This document shows positions 1 through 11,172 of a stretch of DNA of 64,000 nt, in pieces. Source of the DNA: Monocercomonoides exilis PA203 (Eukaryota > Protista > Preaxostyla); contig LSRY02000039.1 in the NCBI GenBank assembly GCA_001643675.2, positions 930,001 to 994,000 of the forward strand. Reading direction: 5' to 3'. Each line of letters opens with the position of its first letter. Positions within the stretch are counted from its first letter, which is position 1. Below the pieces are notes generated by a model that made no database searches, was not told where the DNA came from, and worked only from the letters and a program-made list of their open reading frames with translations. The translations under genes and the position numbers were made by a program.

Positions 1-1830
1 GGTGGAAGAGCTGGTTGTTTGTGGAAAAGCATCAGGAAAGAGATGGGAATGAGCACAAGGCGAGCCAACAACGAACGAATAAGATGAAGAAGCCAATGGA
101 GATATTGTATTATAATTGGAGAGAGAAGGCGACAGATCTGAAATTGCTGAAAAAGAGAAAGAAGAAGATACGCAAAGGGGAGGAGAGGAAGATGAAAGCG
201 AATAAGAGCCATTGGAATTCCTGTTTTGAACAATCTCATCAATTGAAGTGGAAGCATTGAAGAAGAGAGAAGAGCCACGGCTTGACAGATCAGGTGCTGC
301 ATTTGGAGAGTGAAGCGGGGTTGATGCAAAAGGCAGCTGAAACGCACAGCCTTGGAATTCGACTGATGAATTGAGAAGAAACGAAGAAAAGGAAAAAGAT
401 GAAGAAGGATATGACAATGATGGCGATGATGATTTATCACTAGAGTCATTCTTTTGTTTCATTTCTTCTTTTTCTTCAACACTTCTTTCATCATCTGTTG
501 TAGTGCTTTCATCCGTTCCAATGGGAATGATGTCTGATGTGATGAGTGCTGCCCTCAAAAGCGACAGGTCGTCTCTGCCGAGGCAGAAGCAGTTGTTGAT
601 GGAGAACAGCACGGCATCTAATAGCTGGTTGTCAGAAACAAGATGGATGACCGGCTGTGGGATGAGGGAAAACATAGCAACGATCTGTGGTGGGTGTGGG
701 AAAGGACGATAGCTCCGTTGGGAAAGAAGTGAGTGAAAAAGAAGAAGATGGCGAAGAAGGAAAAGAAGTTGCAATTGAAGAGGAAATATCAGTGAAGCGT
801 TAAAATAAAAAAAAAATCAGCAAGCAAGAATGGAATTCAGAAAGCATAGAGATATGCACAAAGCCGTGGAGAAGACAGAATGCAAGGCAAACATAATATG
901 TTGGAAGTTATGACAACGTTTCGAACATTTTCACACAACAGAAGTGAGATTTGAGTGAAAGAGAAGGAAAATCAATTCATTTTTTTTTCTTGTTGACGTT
1001 CATAGTGAATATTGCATTCAGTTTCCTCTTTCAGATGTTCTTCTTTTTATTTTCTCATTGATATTAACGCTTTTCAAGAACTATTTTCAAATATGCAGTT
1101 TATTCATGAAAATATTGATTGATGATTTTTGAAAAAATCAAAAAAGAAAACAGATGATTTATTGTTTTTTTTAAATTTATCGAAAGTATTGTGAAACGAA
1201 AATACTTTTGTGAAAAGGCTAAATAGTTAAAAAATCATTTAGAGCTTCTGATGATAGGGAATGCCTTCTGTCACCAGAGATCCTTTTCATCCTTGAAAAG
1301 ATACGTTCGCAGCTTTATTCGCTACATGGAGACGAAACCAATGAAAAACAGATGTTTTTGTATATTGTTTGAATAGGTCCTTTCTTTGTAATCTCTGTGT
1401 AGAACTTTTGTATGTAGTCTTCAAATATGAAAATTTGTGCTTCATTCAAAAAATCCAGAAACAGCTTGAAACATAAATCCCTGATCTCTTTTGATTGATT
1501 CGACAAAATTGTCACAACGAATCTGTCAACACTTTGTCCAATTCGTGTATCCCAGCAAGATGATAAGGAGCACACCACTTGATCGCAAACTTCTTTCTCT
1601 TTTCTGGTTCCAGTTGGGAAGTAAAATTGATCTTCTGGTTTGAAAACAGCACCTCCACATCATCTTCTCCACATTCTATTTCATCAGTTCCGTCTTCCAT
1701 TGCATCTTCAATTAAGTCATGAGAATTATCAAAGAAAAATGTGATATGAGAATATGTCAAACATGTCGAAGAAAAACTACCAAAAGAAGAGCACGAGGAA
1801 GTTGTTGAAGGAAACGAAAAAGACTCATGA
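1..1830 (-). pseudogene. Degraded or frameshifted coding-like region of unknown family; runs off the window start
   Basis: Overlapping minus-strand ORFs 1512..1760 and 1315..1578 lie in different frames. Protein-like reading continues toward position 1 but with stops. Weak motif similarity (RKKFAIKWCA vs RKSFKGIRWCA) to the minus ORF at 45541..46230. Confidence 0.3.
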
Positions 1831-2008
1831 ATGCTTTCATCTTTTTTCTTTTCGCTTTATTTTGTTAATCCGGTCATTTGAAGATACACTTCAAAGTGTG
1901 TTTTAGCTATTCAAAGTGAATAAATCAATCAAAAAACGATGCATTTAATATGTTTATCCATAAAGGCATTATGAAATTCACTCAAATGATTTTAACATTC
2001 AATTATGT

Positions 2009-2101
2009 TGGGTGTTGACACAAAAATTTGACAAAGTCAAAAAAAGATTGACCAGTCTGTGACTTAGGCAATTTCCAAAAAATTGATCCTGTCAACACCC
2101 A
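2009..2101. mobile_element. Very short MITE-like element (~93 bp)
   Basis: Perfect 12-bp terminal inverted repeat TGGGTGTTGACA ... TGTCAACACCCA; no clean TSD. Confidence 0.5.
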
Positions 2102-2472
2102 TTAAAGTGTTCTTTATTTCAAAAAAAAAAGTATCGATTATTTAATGTTCTATTTTAATTTTCCATTTTCCTTTGATTTTATTTAGTGTGCGAACGATAA
2201 ACTGTTAAACTTTTGAATAATTTTGATGAGATTTTAATGCTTTTTGACTTCAATAATTTTTTTAGTCAGACAAAAGTAGATTTCCTTTAGACAAAAGTCT
2301 GAAGTCACCCAGGCTTAGTTTTGCGTATGAAATGAGTTTGCATATATGAGATATATTTTTAGGAAATTAAACAAAATTTTTCTTCTTGTTGTTATTAAGG
2401 AATCGATCTTGTCCTGATTTTTGTGCGATGGACGGTATTTTATGCGATATCTGTATTTAATGCTGGAAAATA

Positions 2473-2730
2473 TGTGTGATTATTTTTGAAATCATAACTT
2501 TTTTCGGTGTGTTGTTTTTCCAAAGATTGTTTATCATTAGGAAGAAATATTGCATTCAAATGCTTCAATTACAACAACTGTTTTAAAAACATATGATTTT
2601 TTTGAATCAAAGATTCAAATGCGTTCAATAAGCCTTTTAACTTTTCAATTTTTTTAAAATTGATATTCAAGAATAAATTCTGAACCGAAATTTATGAAGG
2701 AAAAAATATAATTTCAAAAATAATCACACA
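2473..2730. mobile_element. MITE family A, copy 1 (258 bp, TA-flanked, Tc1/mariner-pogo type)
   Basis: TIRs TGTGTGATTATTTTTGAAAT / ATTTCAAAAATAATCACACA with TA on both sides; homologous copy of the same length at 35583..35840. Confidence 0.8.
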
Positions 2731-3209
2731 TATACTCTTTGAATTGTGGTGCAGTGTTACCCTCAACCATTTACATCACTTTCAGACATTCAGCCAAAAT
2801 CCAAATTTTCACAAGAAATTGTTTATAAAAAAACACCCAATTCGAAAAATTCTGAATAAGAAGTTTACCATTTTCAAATAATAAGTTTATTAATTTCGAA
2901 TAAAAAGTTAAACAATTTCGAATAATATGTTTTACAAAATTTGAATAAAAAATGGTAAAGTTGTTTCAAGTTCAATTCAATAATTAATTATCAAATTCGA
3001 TCTCATATTAACCATTATACAAATAATTGCTTTTCTCTGAATTGAAAACACTTTTTACAGTTTTATCATTTGAAATTATTGAATTGAAAAGGATAAAAAT
3101 ATACCAATTATTTGAATTCAAAATTTTTTAATTGATATCAGGTTGAAAGAATTAATTTTTTTGGATAGCGACTGCAAAATTTTTTTGTTAATACCTGAAG
3201 AACAGAAAA

Positions 3210-4692
3210 ATGCTTCAAAGCTCTTCACCAGAAAAGTTTTTTGGTTTGATTCTTTCAAATGAAATATAAATATAATAATCTTTTATCCATTTCTCATTTT
3301 TTTGAAATGATGAACTGAAGATTTGTTTCATAAATTGAATCATTTCAGAGATCTTGAACAAAAACAGATAACATGCGAAATGATTGAAGTGATAACAAAG
3401 ATGGACAGAAAAGAGCTAAACTTTATTTTTGAAAAAGGCTTATATAATAACATTTATATGATGACTGAAGAAAAAAAAATATCAATTGAAAATGCCATTT
3501 ATTTGTTGAAACAAATTGGGTATAACAAGACTCTGAAGAACAGTAGTGATGATTCTTTTAGAAAGTGTTCATTAAAAAAAAGATTGGGGAAGATGATAAT
3601 TGAGGAAGAAATGAAAATTGAAGAAAAAAACGAAAACTTATTAATTGATCTGTGTGATTGTTATTTGATGAATTATCCTATCATTTGTTATGGAAAAATT
3701 CCGAAGAAAATGCTTTCAATTTTGGTATGTTATCTTGTAAAATCTGCATCAAAAAAGGAAGATAAAGAGGAAGCACAAGAAGAAGTTGAACTGGCATTAC
3801 TGACTTTGAGCAATATTTGGAAATATGTGGTATGCCTTTATTTTTTTTCTTAAATATTTTTTTCAAACGAATGCCAATACGAATATCAAAAAAGAAAGAA
3901 AGAAAAGATCAGCATCTGAACGAGATCAAAGAAGTTATCAAATTCCATCAGGTGCATCGCAACTTAACACGACTTGCTTATCAATCTGCTTGGAAGTTAT
4001 TGATCAATAGATTAAACGAAGACAAAAGTTTGGAAGATATGATTGTGAATGAGCTTCATTTTGCGAGAGAAGCGAAGGGAGAATTGATTGAGCTTGAAAT
4101 GACGATGAATTTGATAAAACAAAATGGAGACGATGAAAAAGGAAAGGAGGGAAAGAGGGACATTTGCAATTTGATATCCGAATGGCTTGATTCTATTTAT
4201 TGGTATTTCTATTCTGCAAAGATTAAGACAGAAGAAAATGTGAAATTGCTTGATTGCATTATCAGTCTATGCAAAAAGTCAATGAATCTTGGAAACGGAT
4301 TATCTGAAAACAGCTATTATTATGTTGGAGACATTATGGAAACAGATGGTGTGAGTGTTGATGATGTGTTGAAAAGTGATGCCATCAAATACTTCATGAA
4401 TGAAACCCAACAGTCAACTTTGGTGGATGATGTTATTTCACCTTGCATGCGCTTCTTCAAATTAATATCAAAATGGTTGAACAAGGGAAGGAAAAATGAA
4501 ATCAGAGAAGATTTTATAGAAGAAATTTCAGGAGAAATTGAAATTTCAGAATGGAAATGGTTGAAAAAAAAAGTGATAGAAACACTGGAAGAAGAAGGAT
4601 ATGAAGATATTTTAATGAGCTTTTCTGGCTCAATTGTATTGAGATCGCGTGGATCAAACAAAGGTGTAGAAAATTATGTTATTTGTTGTTGA
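3210..4692 (+). CDS. Lineage-specific helical protein, 'HQEHHNLT' family copy 1 (3 exons)
   Basis: ATG 3210; introns 3244..3320 and 3830..3894 join ORFs 3323..3853 and 3817..4692 in frame. Family motifs LLIDLCDCY, EVELALL, HQVHRNLTRLAYQSAW, LEEEGYED. Confidence 0.8.
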
Positions 4693-5625
4693 ATGCAAAA
4701 TTCTTTTTCATTTCTTAATAAAGCAGACCACTGACGAATGCCATTAGCTTTCCAATTTCAATCTGTTTTGAAACAAAATTTTCTAAAAAAATAAAATTTT
4801 AAACTTTTTAGAAATGTTAAACTTCTCTTCAAAATTGGAATTAAAAGCTAAAAAAGAAACTTCGAATAAAAAGAATAATAGCCATTTAATATGAACAGAT
4901 GCATCGTTGAAGATAAATGCATGATTTTAAGGAAAACGTACCATTTCCTAAGATTCACTCAATTTCTTTAATTAAAGAAAAGAAAAAAAATGTCAGATTT
5001 ATGATCAGGCTCATTATTGTTCTCACTTGAAAAAATGATCTCTTTTAGCGTTATCATTTTATTGTTTTGAACATCGAATTGGATCAAATTGTTTCTGTCT
5101 GTTCAAAAATATAATTGGTATTCTCATTATCACCGAAAAAACTGGAAAAAGAGTTTTATCTTCCATTCCTCAAGCTGAATAAATGGATTAGCTCAACAAA
5201 TGAGCTTTTCTCACTTTGCAATCGAGATGAATTCACAGCTCATCTTCATTAGTGAGCTTCACAGTTGAAATTTTCATATATAATTACTACGAAGTTAAAA
5301 TATTGAAATGATACTTATTTCTGTGGAGTGTAATTTCAAACATTTCATTTATATTAGATTTAAATTATTTATAAAAAGTGCTCCAATGAAACAAAAACAT
5401 AACAGTTCGATATGAATGTAATTATCAAAGCAGATTAATTTTTTATAATTTTTATTTTTGTAAACAAAAAAATTTGATACCTTTTTGTATTTTTTCAATC
5501 TATATCCATGTGCCCTGTGTGTAAATTTTAAACATCTTATTCAAGAGAAATGTATTTGAATATGTGATGATGTTTATTATTTCGGAGAATTAGTAAACCA
5601 TATTATTTTACTGCTTGTTAATATC

Positions 5626-6129
5626 ATGGAAGTTAAAATTGGAGAAAAACCTTCAGATTTTTCTTTGCCCGATGCCGAAGGTAACCCAATAAGTTTTTAT
5701 TCAAAGCTTGGCAAAGGGCCCGTAGTAGTATTTTTTTATCCAAAAGACGACTCGCATGTTTGCACAAAGGAAGCTTGCTCTTTTCGAGACAATTATGTGA
5801 AATTTTGCGATTATGGAGCTGTTGTCATTGGAATAAGTTCTGATTCAGTAGAATCACATCGTAAATTTATTGAAAAATACAAACTAAATTTCATTTTACT
5901 TTCTGATTTGGAAGGAAAAATTAGGAAACAGTGGAAGGTGCCACGAGCATTATTTCTCCCGGGCCGCGTTACGTATGTGTTTGACAAAGATGGCATATGC
6001 AGATACAAGCATGAAGGAGTTATGCAAGATATTGCTCATGTTGAAGGAGCATTGGATATTGTGAAGAACATTTCTTCATCCAGTTCAAAAATTGAAGAAG
6101 CAACATCTTCCTCTTCAACTCCTTCGTAG
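5626..6129 (+). CDS. bcp: Peroxiredoxin, BCP/PrxQ subfamily
   Basis: FFYPKDDSHVCTKEACSFRD (PxxxSxxC with resolving Cys in CxxxxC), VIGISSD, LLSD, PGRVTYV; intronless, 167 aa. Confidence 0.93.
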   Translation: MEVKIGEKPSDFSLPDAEGNPISFYSKLGKGPVVVFFYPKDDSHVCTKEACSFRDNYVKFCDYGAVVIGISSDSVESHRKFIEKYKLNFILLSDLEGKIRKQWKVPRALFLPGRVTYVFDKDGICRYKHEGVMQDIAHVEGALDIVKNISSSSSKIEEATSSSSTPS

Positions 6130-6522
6130 ACCATTTCGCTTTGGGATTTATTATCTGCGTTTTTGTTTATATTTTGGAGTTATTTGCCGAATTGATTTAA
6201 AATTTATCGTTTTCCGTTTATATGTCTTTTTCCGTTAGAAGAATATAGGTTTTAGAAAGTCTTAATTTTGTTTGTTCGTTGAAAAAATATTTTTTTAACA
6301 TTTGTGTTATTTTCTTTATTTTATTTGTTATTACAATTGTTTTATTTTATAGAAATTTATTTTTTCATCAATATAATTTTTCGAAAGCGTTAATATTTAT
6401 ATAAAAAAATTCTTATTTTTTATTATTTTTGTTTTAAAACCAACTTTTTGATAATTATTACATGACAAATTAATAAATTATCGAAGATTTTCATTCAAAA
6501 ATCAAAAGAATGGTCAAGATCG

Positions 6523-7867
6523 ATGCGCTTGATTTTTCTTGGGACAACGTACGCTATTTACTGTTTTATGAAATAAACAAATGATTTTTTTAATTTTTAT
6601 CTGTGTATTTATAATACTTTTTGATGAATTAGATCGTCGAGTCCCTCTTTAAAGAGGAACACCAGCGCAACGATACTTCAATTCCATGATAATAAAATCT
6701 GGCTGTTTGATTGCGGTGAAGGCACACAAAGAGAATTCTTGAGATATCCAGGGATTTCACTTTCAGATGTAGATGCGATATTTATCACCCATCTTCATGG
6801 AGACCATGTCTATGGTTTATTTGGTCTGCTCTGCTCATTGTCACTTCATCATCGGACAACTCCTGTTGATTTGGTGGGGCCAATCGGTTTAAAGGCAATG
6901 CTTGAGGTTGTTGCACCTTTAACCGATATGAAAATAAGTTATCCGTTAAACGTTATTGAATTGGTATGAAAAAACCTATTTTTTTTGAGTGTGAATAATG
7001 TTTGTTAGCCAGGTCATATGGAAACTCACATCTCTGGTCCTGGAAGTGATATGAGCATGCAGTTATTCCACGTTAGAAATCGTGACGTCAATGTTGTTGC
7101 ATATCCACTTTCACATACAGTTCGTTCATTTGGGTATTATGTAGATGTACCTGTATTCCAATATGTTTTTAGTCCAGTGCTTGCACATCAATTAAATGTT
7201 CCAAGTGGTGAATTGTGGGAATATTTGCAAAGAGGCGAATCAGTTCAGTTTTTTATTCCAACGCCAAAGCCGCCATTTCAGTATTTGAACGTTGTTCATC
7301 CATTTCAAGTCTATGATATTCAACCTGCTTATGTTAAAGATCCTCTTAAATCTCAAAGTTTGCAGTTATTTTGTTTATATTTTTAGCTTATTTATCATTT
7401 TTTAAATTTCATTTCGATGAAAAAATTCCACCCCTCCACTCCCCACCAAAAGTGATACAGAAGAGGCATCGTATATTGCTTTGTGGAGATTGCTGCTCGG
7501 GATACGGGCGTGCTGCGGGGACTTGGAGGTTCAAAGGGATGGGGGGTCGGTCAGGGGAAGGGATGGCGTGGATGCAGGAGAAAGAGAGGGAGATGAAGGA
7601 GAGAGAGGCGGAAGAAGAGAAAAAAAGAGAAGAAGAGTGGAAGAAGAAGAATGCAGAAACTGTGAAAAATGAAGGGAATGCGAAAGAAAGCGAAGGCGTC
7701 ATTCTTCCTTCTTCGTCTGCATTGTCTGCATCGGCTCCTTCATTTTCTATGTCGTCGTCGTCATCATCATCATCATCAACTTCTGATGTTACTCCAAATG
7801 AATCTCTTAGCGATAAAGTCTCAACGATTTCAATCAGCAACACATCTTCATCTCCTTCATCTTCGCT

Positions 7868-7900
<33 letters not shown>

Positions 7901-8784
7901 TTCATCTTCTTCTTCTTCTTCTCTCACATTATTAACTGTGGATGTACCTGTATTCATTCCTTCCTCTGCCCGTTCATCATCATCATCATCTTCTTCTTCT
8001 TCCTCTTCTTCATCTGCTCCTCCACCTGCCCCATCGCCATCAACAGCCTCACACGTGGACATTCCATCGCCTCATCTCGATACTAACATCAACACAAACA
8101 CAAATACAATCAATGAAAATATCACTCAACAAAAGGATAATCTTGAAAAGCAGCCATTGAATTCTTCTTCTACTTCTTCTTCCTCTTCTTCTTCTTCTCC
8201 TGTTGCGCTTTCAACTGCATCTATCTCTTTCCTTCCGGCATCTCTATCACAAAATAAACCTTCTTCTTTTTCTTCCTCTTCCTCTTCCTCCTCTCAATCC
8301 GAAGAGATCGTTGGAATCGGCGATGAAGGCGACTGGCAGCGTGTGGCCGAGCAGCTGACAGGGAGAGTGGATACACTCATTCACGAGTCCACATTTGCAG
8401 CAGAGTTTGTGGAGATGGCGTGGAAGTGGGGCCATTCAACTGCTGTTGATGCTGCCAAGAGAGCGGTGGGACTGAAGGTGAATAGACTGGTGCTGACACA
8501 TTTCTCGTGTGTTTTGTTATAAATTATAAATTATTTATTATGATTATTATTTTATTTATTTTTATTTCTTTTAATTTTAATTTAATTTCCCCCCCCCCAT
8601 GTTCAATATCATATGTCATACAACTTTCAGAAAGAGGTATTTTGAGAGAGACGAAAACGGACTGCGTGTTCTTGACGAGCAGGCGAATGCTGTTGTGAAG
8701 GAAGCGGCGCAGCAATCGAATCCTCCAAAGGCTCCGATCGAAGTTGTCTTGGCTTATGAGGGTCTTGTGCTGCCGCTGAATTAA
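6523..8784 (+). CDS. rnz: Short-form ribonuclease Z (tRNase Z, ELAC1/rnz-like), 5 exons, with a large low-complexity insertion
   Basis: Spliced product carries MRLIFLGT..P..RN, WLFDCGEGTQ, THLHGDH, LSHTVRSFGY, an exosite arm (LNVPSGELWEYLQRG), CGD, IHEST, GHST and LTHFSKRY. Introns 6549..6632, 6964..7008, ~7358..7452 (acceptor uncertain) and 8507..8630 restore the frame. Confidence 0.92.
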
Positions 8785-9199
8785 TGATTGTTTTAAGATG
8801 AAGAAAATTTAATGTGTATTTTGAATGTTTGGGGAGAAATGCATTTACAGATGAGCGATTTTATTTTATACCTTTTGGGTAATTTTTTTTAATTACACTC
8901 TTTTTTAGGACAAGAGTAATTTTTTCGAATAATCAATAAAAGAGTGTACAGAACTAAATATTGTTATGGAGTTTGATCAAACGAGTTAAATATGAGTTTT
9001 CATTTTTTTGGTTGAGATAATCGAAGTTCCAAATTAAATTTTTTTAAAACAATCTTCATTGAAACAAAAGAAGATGAATTAAATATACTTTTTTAAATTT
9101 CTGCGGGAACATGTTTTGCTAATGTTTTCACTTTACTAACCTAAAAAAGTATAAATCCTCGCAAAAATCTGGAACTTTGTCATTCAAAAATTGAAAGCA

Positions 9200-9618
9200 A
9201 TGTTGTTTGTTTATCTTTAAATTTTTTATAATTTAAATCTTTTCCCCTGCATCAACTTGATTTCAGCTCTGACAAAAGCAATTCTGAAAAAGCAAAAGAC
9301 TCAATGAAAGATGCAGCAAGCTACAGCAAGGACGCAATGAAGGAGAGTGCACATGAGACAAAGGAGAACGTGAAGGATGCAGCACACAACACAAAGGAAA
9401 ACATGAAAGACGCTGCTCACAACGCAAAGGAGAACGTTAAGGGAGCCATGCATACAGCAGGGGATAAAATGAAAGAAATGGGTCACAACATCCGCGAAAA
9501 AGCTGGAGAAATGATGGATAAAGTTTCTGAAGGAGCTCATAAGGCTGGAGAGAAAATGAAGCCAGAAGAACCTGGAATGATGGACAAAGTTAAGGATGCT
9601 GTTGGACTTGGACATTAG
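9200..9618 (+). CDS. LEA (group 3)-like hydrophilic protein with 11-aa repeats
   Basis: Repeats KENVKDAAHNT / KENMKDAAHNA, rich in A/K/E/D with no Cys or Trp. Probable micro first exon ATGTT (9200..9204) and intron 9205..9266 are in frame with ORF 9304..9618. Confidence 0.75.
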
Positions 9619-9822
9619 TCATTTGAGAATGAGCCAGATGTGCAATCTGTTATAGGCTCATTTCCTTAATATATGTATATTTGTTTCTTTTGTGCAATTT
9701 TCTGTTTGAAGAATCCTTTCGAAAAACAATCTGTTCCATTTTTCAATATACTGTTATTTTTTTTTCAAAATTAAAAAAAAAGAAAAAGAAATTACTTAAA
9801 ATAACAAAGTAGAACATAACAT

Positions 9823-11144
9823 TTACAAAGTTGATACATCTGAAATTATCCAAGAGAGGGACGTTTCAGATTTTGATTTTTGAAAGCGTGATTTTTCGAT
9901 TTTCCCCATCTTTTTAAGAACAATTTTTGTATTTGCAACTCTTACAAGCATTCCACATCGAACATTCTTTGGGATATGCTTAACATAAACGGGCTGTTGC
10001 TTTCCATTAACATAGAATGATAACCTCTTCTTTTTCATATCAATTTCACAACCAATTGTATCATTCAAAGAAAAAGGCTTATTCACTTTCATTGACTCTA
10101 CACTTGTTGAAACATTTCCCGTTGAAGAATATCTGCATATCATGCTTCTCATTAAATGCAAAAGTGGACTCATGGGCATGCTCCCCGAACTTGGCAATCT
10201 TTTATAAACATGCGGAGGAAAACTTGATAATGGAGGCAATGAAATCGTGGAATTACTTTTCTTTTTCTTGCCTTTGCTATTTTTTGGAAGTGTTTCAGTT
10301 CGTAGAATAAAAATTGAGCTAGCCACAGAGTTGCATTCCTTTATTTCAAACTCAATATACCAAATATCTTTGTTGATCAATTTGTTAATTAAGGCCAAAA
10401 ACGATCCATTTGCAAAAGTAGTTGCTTCTCGTTTATTTATCGATGCACGCAAAGCTATATGCTCAGTATACAATTTGTATTCTTTTGCGATAATTGGTTA
10501 AAGTGGAAAACAAACATATAATCAGTTCTTAAATTTTTAAAAAAGAAAAGCAAAAATTCTCAAACTTTTCACATCTTTCAATAACTTTCGATCATCCTTT
10601 TTTGACTTGAATAATTCACTTTTCAAATTAGGCTCGGTGTCCGTTTTCTCTGATGAGCGAGGAGAAGAAGATGAATTTTCTTTTTCATTGCATATTTCTT
10701 CATTTCTTTCATAAATAAAATTTGAATGATGCTTGCTCAATGGTAACCAATCAATTTTATTTGATTTTGTTTGACTTTCTCCAATAAAGCTCATTGGTTG
10801 ATTTTCTAATTTCGTTTCAAATAAATTTTTTTGGAAAAAAAAGCCAAACCAATGAATGATTTCAAATCATGAACAACCCCCGATGATTGACTTGATGAAA
10901 ACTTACAAAGGCTCTTAACAATATTCTCAAAAGTGGACGTATCACTTTCAAGAATAATACATCTCAAAAATACTCCAATATGCTTAAAAAGCGATAACAA
11001 AGCGTTCAACTCATTTTCTGAAAAGCCATCAGTCACTAATCCAAGCACATTGAAAAGACTATCGCGAGATAAAAAAATTGGCTCTCCAGGAAGTCGAAGT
11101 CTATATTTTCTATGTTTGTCAGGAGAACATAAAACTTGAGACAT
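9823..11144 (-). CDS. SPRY/B30.2-domain protein (3 exons)
   Basis: C-terminal WYIEFEI...DTIGCEIDMKKKRLSFYVNGKQQPV matches the SPRY pattern. ORFs 10806..11165, 10537..10794 and 9823..10473 are joinable through GT-AG introns near 10810-10850 and 10482-10565; first in-frame ATG at 11144. Confidence 0.7.
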
Positions 11145-11172
11145 TAATGATCTATCCCAGTACAATTCAGTT

